Source of the DNA: Felis catus
Lineage: Eukaryota
Length of the DNA stretch: 64,000 nucleotides
Reading direction: 5' to 3'
NCBI RefSeq assembly: GCF_018350175.1
Contig: NC_058368.1
Coordinates: 102,178,001-102,242,000 of the forward strand
Shown: positions 39,221 to 51,888 of the stretch, piece by piece
Layout: every line of letters starts with the position of its first letter
Position numbering within the stretch: position 1 is the stretch's first letter
The notes under the pieces: model-generated
Database searches by the model: none
Told to the model about the DNA's origin: nothing
What the model saw: the letters and a program-made list of their open reading frames with translations, nothing else
Position numbers and translations under genes: made by a program

Positions 39221-41000
39221 TTCTTCCCCTCCCCCACTCCCCCCGTGGTATTTCCATCAATTCTGGCTGGGCGCCTGGACACGCTTCACAAAAGCAATTG
39301 GTCACTTGAACGGGGCCACGAAGGATGGAAAGGAGATCATCTACATAGGGTAAGAAGAGAACTCTGGAGTACAGAGTGCTGCCCATCACTTACAATCACG
39401 TTCCTATCATATGGTACAACGCAATGCTGGCTATATTTTTACAGCCCTGTCTGGAATGGAACAGAAAGTAATTCCCAGGTTCCTGGAGCTGAGATCTGGA
39501 GTGTGAGAGCTTATAAGACTACTCATGACAGTCATGAAAGGAAACCTTAGGACTACAGGATTGGTCGCTAGAACCTGAGTGTGCATGGATACTTCTTGAG
39601 AACAAACTCAGATGCCCCCTCTTATTCAAATGACTTCTCCTAGGGCTCAGGGACAGGTGCATTATATTTTACATGGTTCTTAGGATGACTAGAATATGTC
39701 ACCTAAGCCCTCCTGAGGAGGACTTCTACAGCTAATTACACGAGGTGAGAGAAGAGTCCGTTGTGATTATATTGTGGGTGGATGAGTAGGGAGGTTTTTC
39801 TATGCAGACTGTGTAGTATCCGAAGAAATCATGACTCGTGCAGGTTAAGTAGGACTAGGCCATTTCTATCTAGTCCATTGTTGCATCAGGCTATCAGTCT
39901 GGAGCAGGCAATGATAAACACGTTTGTGGACATGAAGATATGTGAACACTGTTTTCACCACCCAAGATAGAAAGGCGGAACAAGTACCCGAGACCAAGAA
40001 GGCTGGTGCTTCAAGGAGATTAAAATTCTCCTTCGTAACAAGGGCTGCGAAAGTTATCACGAACATGGGGAGAAGGGAGGAATGGCCAAGTTCAGAGTAT
40101 GAAGCGTGTGATTTAAGAAAATGCACGCATCATCATGACTACAGGGGGAGAGAAGATGTGAGATCCAATATAAAGTCCATTGTGAGAGCTCTCAAAGGAG
40201 TACAGGGGTTAGGAGGATGAAGTTCCCCCACCAGCGGTCTTGGTCCTTTCTCCCGTGGCCTACAAGCTCTTTGAGAATGCTGATCCAAGCACTAGGTACC
40301 TGGCCTTACCACTCCCTGGCACTTTTGCCCGTGCTCGTGATCCATGCTGTTTTCAAGTACTCACAGGAGACCCAGCAAGCAGCTCTTTGTATGGGCACAT
40401 CACTTGTCCCCACTTCAAGGGGAAGATTAGGTGGTTTGGTGTGAGTTTTGGCCAAGCTCTAGCCCTTTTGGAAGCCTACGAATTCCAAGAAACTGGAAGA
40501 TTCTAATACTCACCATGCAATTTTCTAACACATGTTCCAATTCTCTAGTCAAGGTGCTGACCCATTCTACTCAGGTGACCCCATAAGAATGCAGAATTCA
40601 GGGCAGAAAACTCCTCATAACCGACTCCTTCAAGAGTTAATTCACATCCCAGCTGATAAAGCTGTCAAATAGGAATATCCTGTGTTCAGGAATCTGGGGT
40701 CAGCCCTGCATCCAGGGTCACCCTGTTAGAAGCTGCAAATCACCCATCACTCCACTTCAGAAAAACAGCATTTTGTTGTATTCTCCCTTGGTCACTAAAC
40801 CATGGGTCTCCACAGGTAGATATTTTTGCCATCATATGGTGGGAAAATTGATGGACTCCCCCAAATCTCTCAGGAAACAGGAGTGTGAGTAAGGTCAGCT
40901 TCCAACATTTGCAAATCATCAGATGGCCATGCTGTTTACCATCGGGCTGTATTTCCTACATGTACCACATGGAATGCGGCCACTGATCTCCACTGAATAA
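39221..41000 (-). mobile_element. Degenerate Ty3/Gypsy LTR-retrotransposon internal region (pol relic: RT, RNase H, integrase, PPT)
   Basis: Hand translation of the minus strand gives collinear degenerate motifs: QPDGK, FLRDLGESINFPTI, GEYNKMLF, QFLGIRR, LEVGTSDVPI, GELHPPNPCTPLRALTMDFILDL, integrase-core-like ORF 40126-39866, RGPVQV, then a polypurine tract. Confidence 0.72.
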
Positions 41001-41329
41001 TGAGTGACTGGATCCGGAACCTTATGTTAGCACAAATTGTTCTCTTCAGGAGATCCCTGATATGCCCATCAGGGATCCTGTTGGACTAAAACTGTCGGAG
41101 AGATTCTAACACAAGTGGATCGTGGACACATGATCAACTCACATGGTTGTTGGCGGGTTTCAGGAAATAGACATCTAAAAACAAAGGATTCAAAGTCCCA
41201 CATGACAACAATCCACAGAACCTGAATTAACTTGACATTGGCATGTTCTCTCTGATCGCCCGATCTTCTTCATTCCCTGTTTATCATATAGACGGCTTCC
41301 CTCATTGACATTGACATTTGCATATACTA

Positions 41330-42120
41330 ATTTAAAGGCAGCATGATAAAAGGAATGGAGATATGAAGGATGAATTACTTAAAAGGATATATATACTAAG
41401 CTGTGTGGATAGAAATATAGGTTGGGATTATGATGGAATGGGCTATAAAACCATCCTAAACTATTGACCTTATTCTACAGGTCATGTTAAGACACTGAAG
41501 GCTTTTAACAAAATGTAAACTACTTTAGAAAGATAACTTGAGAAGGAGTGTGGAGAATACCATGTAAAATTTAAAGACAAGAAGCAAGCGATCCCAGACG
41601 AGTACATATACATTTAAAAAATTTTTCAAAAATGGAAGCATGACCCATGGCCTTGCCCAGAGCAATGGAGAGGAGCAAAGAAATACTAGAGATAATTCAG
41701 AGATGTAATTTACAGAATTTGGTAGGCAAATGGCTGGGTAAAAGTGATGAAAATAAGGAGAAGTATGATGATTTTAGCCTAGGGTCTTCGAGGAGAACAT
41801 TAACCCAGGACAGAGTTCAAGGAGAATCCAATTGGGAGAAAGAGGAGTTCTATGTGAATGTGTTAAAACTAAGGGAGGGGCAGGTCATTTAATATGGACA
41901 CATCAAGCCAACGGAGCTTGGGAGAAAAGGAGACAGGGGGACATGGAAACTATCAATACAGCCACAATATAATACTTCCAGCTTCGTCACCTACCAAGAA
42001 GTAGGTGAGGTTGTCTAGGACAAGGAGAAGAGGGGCGTACAGAGCCTTCAGGAGCATTATATTAATAGACACGGTGATGGAAGAAGGGCTGATAAGCGAT
42101 CCTAAGAAGAAAAGACACGA
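41330..42120 (-). mobile_element. L2 LINE relic
   Basis: CACTGAAGGCTTTTAA..TTTAGAAAGATAACT..AGCCTTCAGGAGCAT motifs, purine skew. Confidence 0.6.
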
Positions 42121-42130
42121 TAGATGGGGA

Positions 42131-42589
42131 TGTAGTGGGTACTTTCTGGTTGCCCTTCCAAATCCACTTTCCACCCTGCTCCATGCCAGGAGGCTGATCT
42201 GTGCGAGCTGCCTCCATGGTCTCCCTTGTCCATTGACAGTCAGGCTCACTGGGCCACTGGTAAGCACTGGCAGAAATCAGAGCTAGGGAGAGAGTGAAGT
42301 TGGAGTATTTATTCCCCTAGCCCTCTCCCTACTAGATTGCCCTAGATGAGCTCTCTCTCTCTCACAAGTGCACAGCTTCTGTTGGGGTTTCTCCCCATGT
42401 GGCAGTTGAGCTAACTGCTCCTGCCTCTGAGCCCTACGGGTGCTCACAGCTCCTCTGTCTATATCCCCAGCAAATTGCCCCAACCTTGCAGGCTTCCCCG
42501 ACCTCTGTCAAGAGCCCCTCGATCACACTCCCTTCAATTTCTCAGTATGAACGTGCCGTCTGTTTCCTGATGGTATCCAGGCTGATTCA
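42131..42589 (+). mobile_element. LTR33-like ERVL solo LTR
   Basis: TG...CA ends; CCAGGAGGCTGATC, GAGAGTGAAGTTGGAGTATTTATTCCCCT, GTGCCGTCTGTTTCCTG motifs. Confidence 0.75.
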
Positions 42590-44709
42590 AGGGGTCAGTC
42601 CAGGAGGGTGCAATACCCTGGAAGCCACGGTAGAAGAGTTTACGTAAACGCTCCAGACCACCTCGTGAGATAAGGACTAAAAAGCAGCAGAGTTGGACAT
42701 CTGTGCTCAGAAGACTGAAACGGCGCGGGCAGGAGTCAGGATGCAAGCTTTGGTGAAAGAAATGAAAGGTGAGAGAAAATAGAGGCATTCGAAATAGAAA
42801 ATAGTGCTTCAAAAAAGCTGGTGGGCTAGGGAGGAGACAGGGAACAGGACACCTGTCTGAAACAGAACTAATCTATGCCTTTGAAGTTACGGTGAGATGG
42901 AAATAGCACCAGGAAACTGCTTTTTCTTTTCTTTCTTTCTTTTCTTTTTTCTTTTTTCTTTTTTTTTTTTTTTTTGTCACTTGCTTCACCGTCACATGAT
43001 TCCTTAAATTAGCAAATCACCTTCTCTCTGGGATTTTAATTTGCCAGCCAGCTTTCAGGCATGACCAAAGAGACAACTGGAAAGGAAATACCTAGTTCAG
43101 GCTTACCTCTCGGAGCCCCTGCAATCATTAATCCTTTATGGGACACCGTAAACCACCTCTAGGAAAATGACGGTTCTTTATGGCTTGTTAAAAATATTTA
43201 CATTTTCCTCTCCCGGCCGTATACAAGGAATTGATATTTTCTGAATTGCTAAGTCAATAACGTCTTCCTCCAGCCATCAAAGGATTTGACAAACCAGCAA
43301 AACACGAGAGGTTCTGTTGCAAATAAGGGGGCGGCACTCAGGCCGTCAGGCAATTAAGTGGACCTGAATAAGCTGATGTAATTAAGCCTCTTACTGCATA
43401 ATTATCTTTATTTTAAATGTGTCTTTTGATGAAACATCTGTTCCCTGCTCCAGATATGAAAAGAGGGACCCACGCTCATGAAGAAAACAGAGCTTGCGAG
43501 GCCCTCACACATGCTGCCTGGGCTGCTCAGATCCAAGGCAACAAATGTTGTCATTTGTCCCATCTTTGCATGCAAGAGGCAGGTGTCTTCCTGTCCTCAA
43601 CCCACATTCGCCTGACCTCCGGGCTCACAGCAGCTGCCTAGGGCCCCGTTACACAAAGCAGTCCCCGGGTGCGGAGGGGACGCTCAGAAGCAAGGAGGCA
43701 ATTAGCCGTAAGGGCAAGCACTTTGACCATCTGCAAAGGGGGACAGTCAGACGCGTTCACCAAGTAAAGGTGGGGTAGTGGTCAGCAGGATCCCCGTGGG
43801 TCCCCATCCCCCGGCAGCAGCGCATGACCCCCTCCCCTAAATCAAACGTAAATACGACCAGTCAAACCTGACTAACGTGGGGCCACAGTCCCTGCGTGTA
43901 TTTTGTACGGCACCTTTGTCTGTGGTCACTCCTGCAGGCCCCTGACTCCAGAGGGTCAGTTCCCCATGTTTGTCCGAATCGAGGATTTCGAAGTCACAAG
44001 CTTCAGCAGGAAACAGACCTGGTTTTATATTCTGGGGCCGCTCCTTGTGGGCCGGGTGACCAATCGCTTATTCTCTTGCAGTCTCAGTTGACTCAACTCC
44101 CGATCGAAAATAATTATACCTATCTTGCCACGTGAGTGCGAGAATCAAGAGGTGGGCAGAGGGCCTAATGTAGTGCATTGAATACAGCAGCCACTCTCCT
44201 TACTAGAATAAACATTAGCTCCCCTCGCTTTGTCTAACTCCCCTCCTCCCCCTGGCCATGCAGAAGCCCAAATGTTCACTTCCTACTGACTGTCAAGACC
44301 CTGACCGTGGTTCCTGTTTACGACGGTGACATAGAAAGATCTGAAAGTCACCTCCTCCCCTGAACACTCTGAATCTATAGCTATTTACGGAACAGTTTGC
44401 TCAGGAAAGAATAGCAAAACCTGAGTGGGTGACTTGAACCTATCAGGCAAATGAGAGAGTGGGGAGGAGAGGCTGGCCCAGGGTCTCGCCCGAAAGCCCA
44501 TCCACGGTGCAGCCGCCCACACTTAGGAGGAGACTCCAAACCCCGAGCTTCTCACCGAGGAGGAAAGGGTGTGAAACCCACGTCAGGCTCCCCAGCATTT
44601 GACATTTGCACCTCAGAGGTAAGCCTTTAGAGCTATGTCTCTCCTTGAGGATCTTAATATTTGCACCACTTGAGCTTTTAGTATGCCCTGCTCTCTCTTC
44701 TTCTCGTAA

Positions 44710-45440
44710 GAGCGCCACTGAAACATAATTCACCTATCACACAATTTAGTCCTTCAAAATAATACAATTCAAGGGCTTTGGCTACACTCACAGACTTGTG
44801 CGTCCAGCACCGCAGTGAATTACAGAACATGTTTACCGGCCCCCAAAGAAACCCTACTCCTCCCTAGTCATCACCTCCCCACCACTCTGCCCCTCGCCAC
44901 AGTCCAAGGAAATAATTAATCTACTTTGCAGCTCTATGAATTGATCTATCCTGGCCTTTTCAGACAAATGGAACCATACAATAAAGGGCCTTTATATCTG
45001 TCATCTTTCACTTAGCACAATGTCACTAAGGTTCACCCACGTGGTAGCCTATTAGTATTTCAAATATTTTTTTTTTACTGCCAAATGATATCCCATTATA
45101 TGGATGACCACATCTTATTCATCCATGCATCAGTTGATGGACAATCAGACTCTTTCCATTTTCCCCCTATTGTGACGAACGCTGCCACGAGGCTTAATGT
45201 GTAACATTTGACATAAACAGGTAATATCAATTCCAGAAGCCACATTGTTGGGTCACATAGTAACTATTTTTAGATTTTTGAGCAACTCCCAGCTTTTCTG
45301 AGGTGGCTACACCGTTTTAAATTCCCACCAGCTGTGCACGAGAGTTCTTGTTTCTCCACGTCTCATCAAAATGTTTATTATTTGTCCTTTTGATTAGGGT
45401 CACCATAACGGGTGCGAAATGGTAGCTCCTTGAGGTTGTG
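44710..45440 (-). mobile_element. L1MB-type 3' region
   Basis: GAAACATAATTCACCTATCACACAATT..AAATGGAACCATACAATA..TTCCCACCAGCTGTG. Confidence 0.85.
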
Positions 45441-46299
45441 GTTGTTTTTTTGTTTTTTGTTTTTAACCTTTACGGTTTTGATTCACACTCCCTTGACGGC
45501 TTCGGTCTCTCTTGCAGAAAACATTTCGGCGACACCCACTATAAGCCACTGCCTCTTGGGAATATTCTGCCCCGATTCTCCTGTACTTCCTAGAGGACTA
45601 CCAGCCAATAGGCTTCGCCACGGGAAGACAGCTGCCTAAGAAGGTGCTAGACCGTTGTGACGATTTGTGCCACATCTTTCTGCCCTGGGAAAGGACAGGA
45701 GAGGTACATTAGGAGTAACTCAAACCAAGGACATTAGCGAATTATTAGACGCCATGTTAATTAACAGTACACTGAGGGAGCATCTCAGAGGCTAAGCCAA
45801 GAGGCCAAGTTGAAATCAGATTATTAATTCACTATTTACAGCCAAGCTTTAATACCCTTTCACTAGGGCTACCTGTGATATCCTGTATTTATAGGTCACT
45901 TACACAGAAGCAGAACACAGAAATTTAAAATGGCATCCAGAGCGCAGGTTATGAACCCTGAGTGTAACGTCAGATTCCACAGATTTTAAGCAAGATACTA
46001 ACTTCCGGTAACATTATTCCATATTCTATACGGTGGAAAACATAATTTGCCCAAGGGGTTATTTTGAGATTTAATTAAGATAAAGTTATTGGGCCTGCTT
46101 TATAAACTGTAAAATGCTACGTGGATAATTATTAGCTAATAATTATCGACAGCATAGTTCACGTTTTCTGAAAATTTATTTTGTGACAGGGCTGTCCTTC
46201 AAAGGCAACTAATACGATGTTTTAATGGGACTGAGAAAAGAGGACCCCAAGCGCACGTGACATCTTTTTTTCCCTCTGTATGTGATCACACCATCTGTA

Positions 46300-46930
46300 T
46301 AACCATCAGTGGCCAGCAGCTTTGGCTGAAATCCTAAGGGAAGCGAAACCCTCACGCATAACCCACCAGGTCACAATCAGCAGTGGTTCTCGTAGCTGGT
46401 GTCCCCAGTTGTGTGGACGGGACAGGAGAGGTATGGGACCTCTGAATGCAGCAGGGGGGCAAAAGAAACAGCCTCGGGGGAAAACCCTAGGTGGCGTGGG
46501 GGCATGACCTCACAAACATCTGCTTGCCAAGGCAGCGGGTGTGTGCCCTCCCAAGGGTGAGCATGACCGTGTGGCAGGCATGAATTTATCCTCTGGGTCT
46601 TCACGTGTGGCTGCCTTCAGCCGGGGGCTTCCCTGGACAGGAAGACCCGAGATGGCCTCCTTCACGTTCCTGGCAGCTTGGCAGCCTATGGGCTCAGGCA
46701 GATTATTCCTCCTGTGTGGGGCCCTGCATCCTTCTTTAAGCTCCATCAGCTTCCTTTCAGGGGGGTTTCAGGGCCACACTCCAAGAGGGCAAAGACAGAA
46801 ACTGCATGGTCTCTGGAAGCCCATATCCCAGAACTCAGACATCACTCCATTCAAAGTCAAAGCTGAGTCACAAGGCCAGCCCACAGGCAATGGGGTGAGG
46901 GAACAGGATCTACCTCTTGATGTTGGAGAA
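46300..46930 (-). mobile_element. MLT1-type LTR fragment
   Basis: GAAACTGCATGG..CAGAACTCAGACATCACTCC..AGTCACAAGGCCAGCCCA..CTACCTCTTGATG. Confidence 0.55.
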
Positions 46931-47000
46931 CGTCCTGTTTCTTCACTTTTTTTTCCAGCCCTATTGAGGTATAATTGACTACGAAAACTTTACTACATTT

Positions 47001-47627
47001 ATTTATTTTTTAACCATGAAATTTATTGTCAAATTGGTTTCCATACAACACCCAGGGCTCATCCCAACAGGTGTCCTCCTCAATGCCCATCCTCCACCCT
47101 CCCCCCTCCCACCCCACATCAGCCCTCAGTTTGTTCTCAGTTTTTAAGAGTCTCTTATGGGGCGCCTGGGTGGCTCAGTTGGTTAAGCATTCGACCCTGG
47201 CTCAGGTCATGATCTCGCTCATGGTTCATGAGTTCGAGCCCCACGTCAGGCTCTGGGCTAAAAGCTCAGAGCCTGGAGCCTGCTTCAGATTCTGTGTCTC
47301 CCTCTCTGTCTGCCCCTCTCCTGCTCACGGTCTGTCTCTGTCTCTCAATAATAAATAAAGGTTAAAAAAAATTTTTTAATAAAAAAATAAGAGTCTCTTA
47401 TGGTTTGGTTCCCTCCCTAAGTTTTTTTTCCCTCCTTCCCTTCCCCCATGGTCTCCTGCTAAGTTTCTGAAGATCCGCATGTGAGTGAAAACATATGGGA
47501 TCTGTCTTTCTCTGCCTGACTTACTTCACGTAGCATAATACCGTCCAGTTCCATCCACGTTGCTACAAGTGGCCAGATTTCACTCTTTCTCATTGCCACA
47601 TAGTATTCCGTTGTATATATAAACCAC
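47001..47627 (-). mobile_element. 5'-truncated felid L1 nested in the older L1
   Basis: TTTATTGTCAAATTGGTTTCCATACAACACCCAG 3' end; TSD ACTTTACTACATTT (46987-47000) / ACTGTAATACATTT (47628-47641). Confidence 0.9.
47159..47387 (+). mobile_element. Can-SINE nested in the felid L1
   Basis: Perfect TSD TAAGAGTCTCTTAT at 47145-47158 and 47388-47401. Confidence 0.96.
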
Positions 47628-48409
47628 ACTGTAATACATTTAAAGCATACAGTCTGATGATATATATGTCTACAATGTGGAAGGATTCCCACTATCAAGT
47701 TAATCAACACGTTCATCTCAAGCATTTTCTTTGTGTGAGAGAGAGAACTCAGTTTCTACCCTCGTAGCACATTTCACTCAGACAAGTCTCAGTAACTACA
47801 ACCGCCATGTTATACGTCAGATCTTCAGATCTTATAACTGAACGTTTCTACTCTTTTACGACTCTATCTGTCCCACTCCTGAGTCCCTGACAACCACATT
47901 TTATCCTGTGTCTAGGAGTTCACTTTTTTTTTTCTTCCTAAGATTCCACATACAAGGGACACTATGCAAGCCGTGTTTTCCTGTCTGGATCATTTCGTTT
48001 AACATAATGTCCCCCAGGTTCATCCATGTTGTCACAAATGTCAAGGTTGCCTTCTTTCGAAAGGCCAAGTAAGATCCATTGTATGTACATATATGTATGC
48101 ATGTGTATACACACACACACACACCACTGCTCCTGTACCCATTCATTTGCTCATGGACGCTTAGATTGTTTCCAGACCTTGGCTGTTGTGAATACTGTTG
48201 AAATGACTATGGGAATACAGAGATCTCTTCAAGATAGTAATTTTGTGTTCTCTGTACGTATACCCAAAAATGGGATTGCTGGATCATATGGTAGTTCTAT
48301 TTTTAATTTTTTGAGGAATCTCCATATTGTTTTTCATCGGGGCTGTACCAGTTTGCATTCCCCCCAACAGTGCACAGGGATCCCCCTGACCTTTATGTTT
48401 TATTTCTTA

Positions 48410-48658
48410 TTATTTTTTATTTAAAATTTTGTTAATGTTTCTTTATTTTTGAGAGAGACAGAGACAGAGACAGAGACAGAGAGAGACAGAGCCCAAGTAG
48501 GGAAGGGGCAGAGAGAGACGGAGACGCACAACTTGAAGCAGGCTCCAGGCTCCAAGCCGTCGGCACAGAGCCTGACACGGGGCTCAAACTCACAAACCGT
48601 GAGATCATGACCCGAGCTGAAATCAGACACTTCACTGAATCAGCCACCCAGGCGCCTC
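48410..48658 (-). mobile_element. Can-SINE
   Basis: Head CAGCCACCCAGGCGCCTC ends at 48658; (GAGACA)n tract. Confidence 0.93.
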
Positions 48659-49366
48659 TATTTTTTTATTTATTTTTTTACATCTCGACAGCATTTGTTA
48701 TGTCTTCTCTTTTCAATAATACGCATCCTAACGGGAGTAGGTTAACATCTCATTGTGATGTTGACTTGCATTGCTCTGATGATTAGTGATGTTTTGAGCG
48801 CTGATCCAGGTTACTGTTTTTATGTCAATACTGTACTGTTTTGATTACTACAGCTTTACAATATCGTTTAAAATCAGGGTGAATTAGGCCCCCCGCTTCA
48901 TTCTTCTATTTCAAAATTGCTTTGGCTATTCAAGGTCTTTTTGGTCCCATTCAAATTTTAGGATTGTTTGATGCTCTTGTAAAAGGGATCGTTTGCTTCA
49001 TTTCTCTTTCCAGTAGTTTGCTGTTAGACCACCAAAAATGTAACTGGGTTTTGCCAGGAGCTTACTCTTACTTCAGGGCCATGGGGTCAATTATTGCTTT
49101 ACCTCTTTTTTTTAGAGAAAGAAATTGAGACCTAAGCTTGTGTGACACATGCAGGTTTGAAGCCCAGTGTGTCTGATACATATTACTGACCTGGAGAAGA
49201 GGAATCTTGCTTGCTGTGGCCAGAACCCTTATGGAAAATTTCTCTCCACCTCTCAGTCTGTCAGGACTGAAAGAATGGTTTTCTTTAAATATTTCATCCA
49301 AGAGATTCATCTTCCCCTTTAGAAAACTTGAATCCTCTTTCCCTGATCTTCAATTTTGGCCTTCTC

Positions 49367-49595
49367 TTTTTAAAAAAATTTTTTTTAGTTTATTTACTTT
49401 GAGGAGACAGCACAAGAAGGGATGAGACAGAGAGAGAGGAAGAGAGAGAGAGAGAGAGAGAGAGAGGATTCCCAGCAAGCTCCATGCAGTTGGCTCAGAG
49501 CCCGAAGTGGGGCTTGAACCGACGAACCACGAGATCATGACCTGAGACAAAATCAAGAGTCAGATGTCCAACTGAATGAGCCACCCAGGCACCCC
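49367..49595 (-). mobile_element. Older Can-SINE
   Basis: TSD CAATTTTG(G/C)CCTTC at 49351-49364 and 49596-49609. Confidence 0.93.
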
Positions 49596-51665
49596 CAATT
49601 TTGCCCTTCGCTTAATGTCCATTGCCCTGTTACAGAAATGAGTTCTAAGCCAGGCCAAATTCAGTCCCAGAATCATGATGTAAACTTCGGAGAAAACATT
49701 AATTTTTCCTACTTCAAGAGATGATTTAACCAGTTTTGGCTAATGGAGTCGATACACAAGTAGAAGTTCTATATGCTGGGTAATGATTTGGCCTGGGTTT
49801 TGATTTGCAAAGTCCTTCGCCTGATATTCAGATACGTTTTGGTCACTAAATGGAAGTATTTATCCAAAGCCGTCTTTTAGAGGGGAGGACAAAGACCATA
49901 GAGAGAGCATAACACCACCGTTACGGAAAAGTAGAATGAAGGGCAAATAGAGATTGTAAGATGACGAGTTCTGCAAATGACGAGCCGTTTGATCTTGGGT
50001 AAGCCACTTCACCAGGTTAGGCCCCCATTTTCTCATCATTTAAAAAAGAGGGTTAAGCTGGATGCTCTCTCAGCTTTTTCAGCTCTGACATTATTTGGAT
50101 CTAGGACCAGCGCATAATTTCATGATACACTGTGCACATTTTTACTCCAAAACACAGTCACATCATGTTAAATTAGACTGACTCATGTTCCCCCATGTAA
50201 ACAGTTGTGGCTACTGCCAAAATTTTGCTAACAAACAGAAAACAGACGTGGAGGGCTTCAAATTCTTTTTCCTTTAACGCTCTGAGCATTTTCGATGTGT
50301 TGAGAAACTGCAAGGTGTTTCTGTATGCTGTTCTTTATTTGACTCATTAGATCACACCAAAAATATTTCGGAGAGCCTGTTTCCTACCTTTTCTGGAACA
50401 TCATTCTAAGTTGAGCGAACGTATTTGAACAAGTTGTCTTGATTTAAAAAAAAAAACACGTCTGTGTCAGAGAATAAAGCAAATGCACAAACTAGATGTT
50501 AATCTTTCTGTTTGATCAACCGAAGTGTATTGATAAGTCCCTGCCAAACAGCTGAGATGTATTAAAAAAAAAAAAAAAACAAACCAACAACAGCCTGATT
50601 GAAATTGTGAAATGTTTTGGAAAGCAGGGGCTGCAAGTATCATCTTCCCAGAAGATGTGATTATTCTCATGTGTTCCCATTTCACAGCAAACACGGACCC
50701 AATTGACATTTGGGGAGGGAGTCTCCCGGACAAACCACTTGTGGCATCCTTGGAAACATGTCTGGATGACTATGCATTATGGGAAGGCCTGGTATTGTCC
50801 TAAACTGGAGATCGCATCCACTGAGCGTTCTGATGAAAAGCAACCTCAAGCAAGGACATAGCTCAGATTCGAAGCTACACCATTTGCTGGCCCCCGGATC
50901 GGTAACTACTTGACCTTTCCAAGGAATCCTGACTCGGGCAGCTTAACCTAATGCACAGTGGGCTTAAGGAGCCCTGGTCTGCTTCTCTCCTCGAATGCCC
51001 TTCGGGGCTCATCTAACGCGGCATCTTCTTCGCAACTGACTTGGTATTTGTGATCAACTTAGAAGGCCAAGGAACACTGGACTAAATCAAGTTTTCCATG
51101 TCCTAACCTTGTCTCCACTCAAACGCCACAACAGCTTGTCTTGGGATGAGAAGAGGAGAGGGACAAACGTGTATTTCTTCACTAGAATTTTGTCCTGGCC
51201 CCAACGCGGTGGCGTCAGAGACCATCCCGGACACATGCTTTTTCTACCATCTACCAGGCTTTTGCTTCAAATGCACTTATCTCTCCGCAGACCTGTCCCT
51301 CTTACTGCCAGCTCAGGCACCATCATTTTTCTGTACCCGATTATACTGATCTACGTACTTGTGGGGATCTGCGGAAAAATAAGCTTTGCATCACCGTGTG
51401 AACAATGTAGGCAAATCCAGTGAAAAGAAGGGAAAGGACTCAGACTGGGGCAGAAGAAAAAGCGCAAGAAAACACACAGCTCTTGCCTCAGTGAACTGGC
51501 CTCCCTGCCTACGTTCCCTGTCCTTATTTTAACTGCCCTCATTTTCTCTGACTTGATTTTCATTCACACTGAAAGTACTCTCCCATCTGAAAGAGCGATT
51601 AAATGTACTAGTTGAAGCACAACATCCCTGTACTTCCCTGTGAGCCTTTAAGAAAGATCATCCAC

Positions 51666-51888
51666 GGGGCGCCTGGGTGGCGCAGTCGGTTAAGCCTCTG
51701 ACTTCAGCCAGGTCACGATCTTGCGGTCCGTGAGTTCGAGCCCCGCATCGGGCTCTGGGCTGATGGCTTGGAGCCTGTTTCCGATTCTGTGTCTCCCTCA
51801 CTCTCTGCCCCTCCCCCGTTCATGCTCTGTCTCTCTCTGTCCCAAAAATAAATAAAAAACGTTGAAAAAAATTAAAAAAAAAAAAAAA
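51666..51888 (+). mobile_element. Young Can-SINE
   Basis: Perfect TSD AAGAAAGATCATCCAC at 51650-51665 and 51889-51904, preceded by TTT (L1 endonuclease-type site). Confidence 0.97.

Larger units (their letters stand above)
46945..49020 (-). mobile_element. Older L1 3' region hosting nested insertions
   Basis: TATTGAGGTATAATTGAC 3' end; GGGATTGCTGGATCATATGGTAGTTCTATTTTTAATTTTTTGAGGAATCTCCAT. Confidence 0.88.

Noticed and set aside
50688..50901. Acceptor/donor-bounded candidate exon
   Set aside because: All three frames contain stops and there is no other support.
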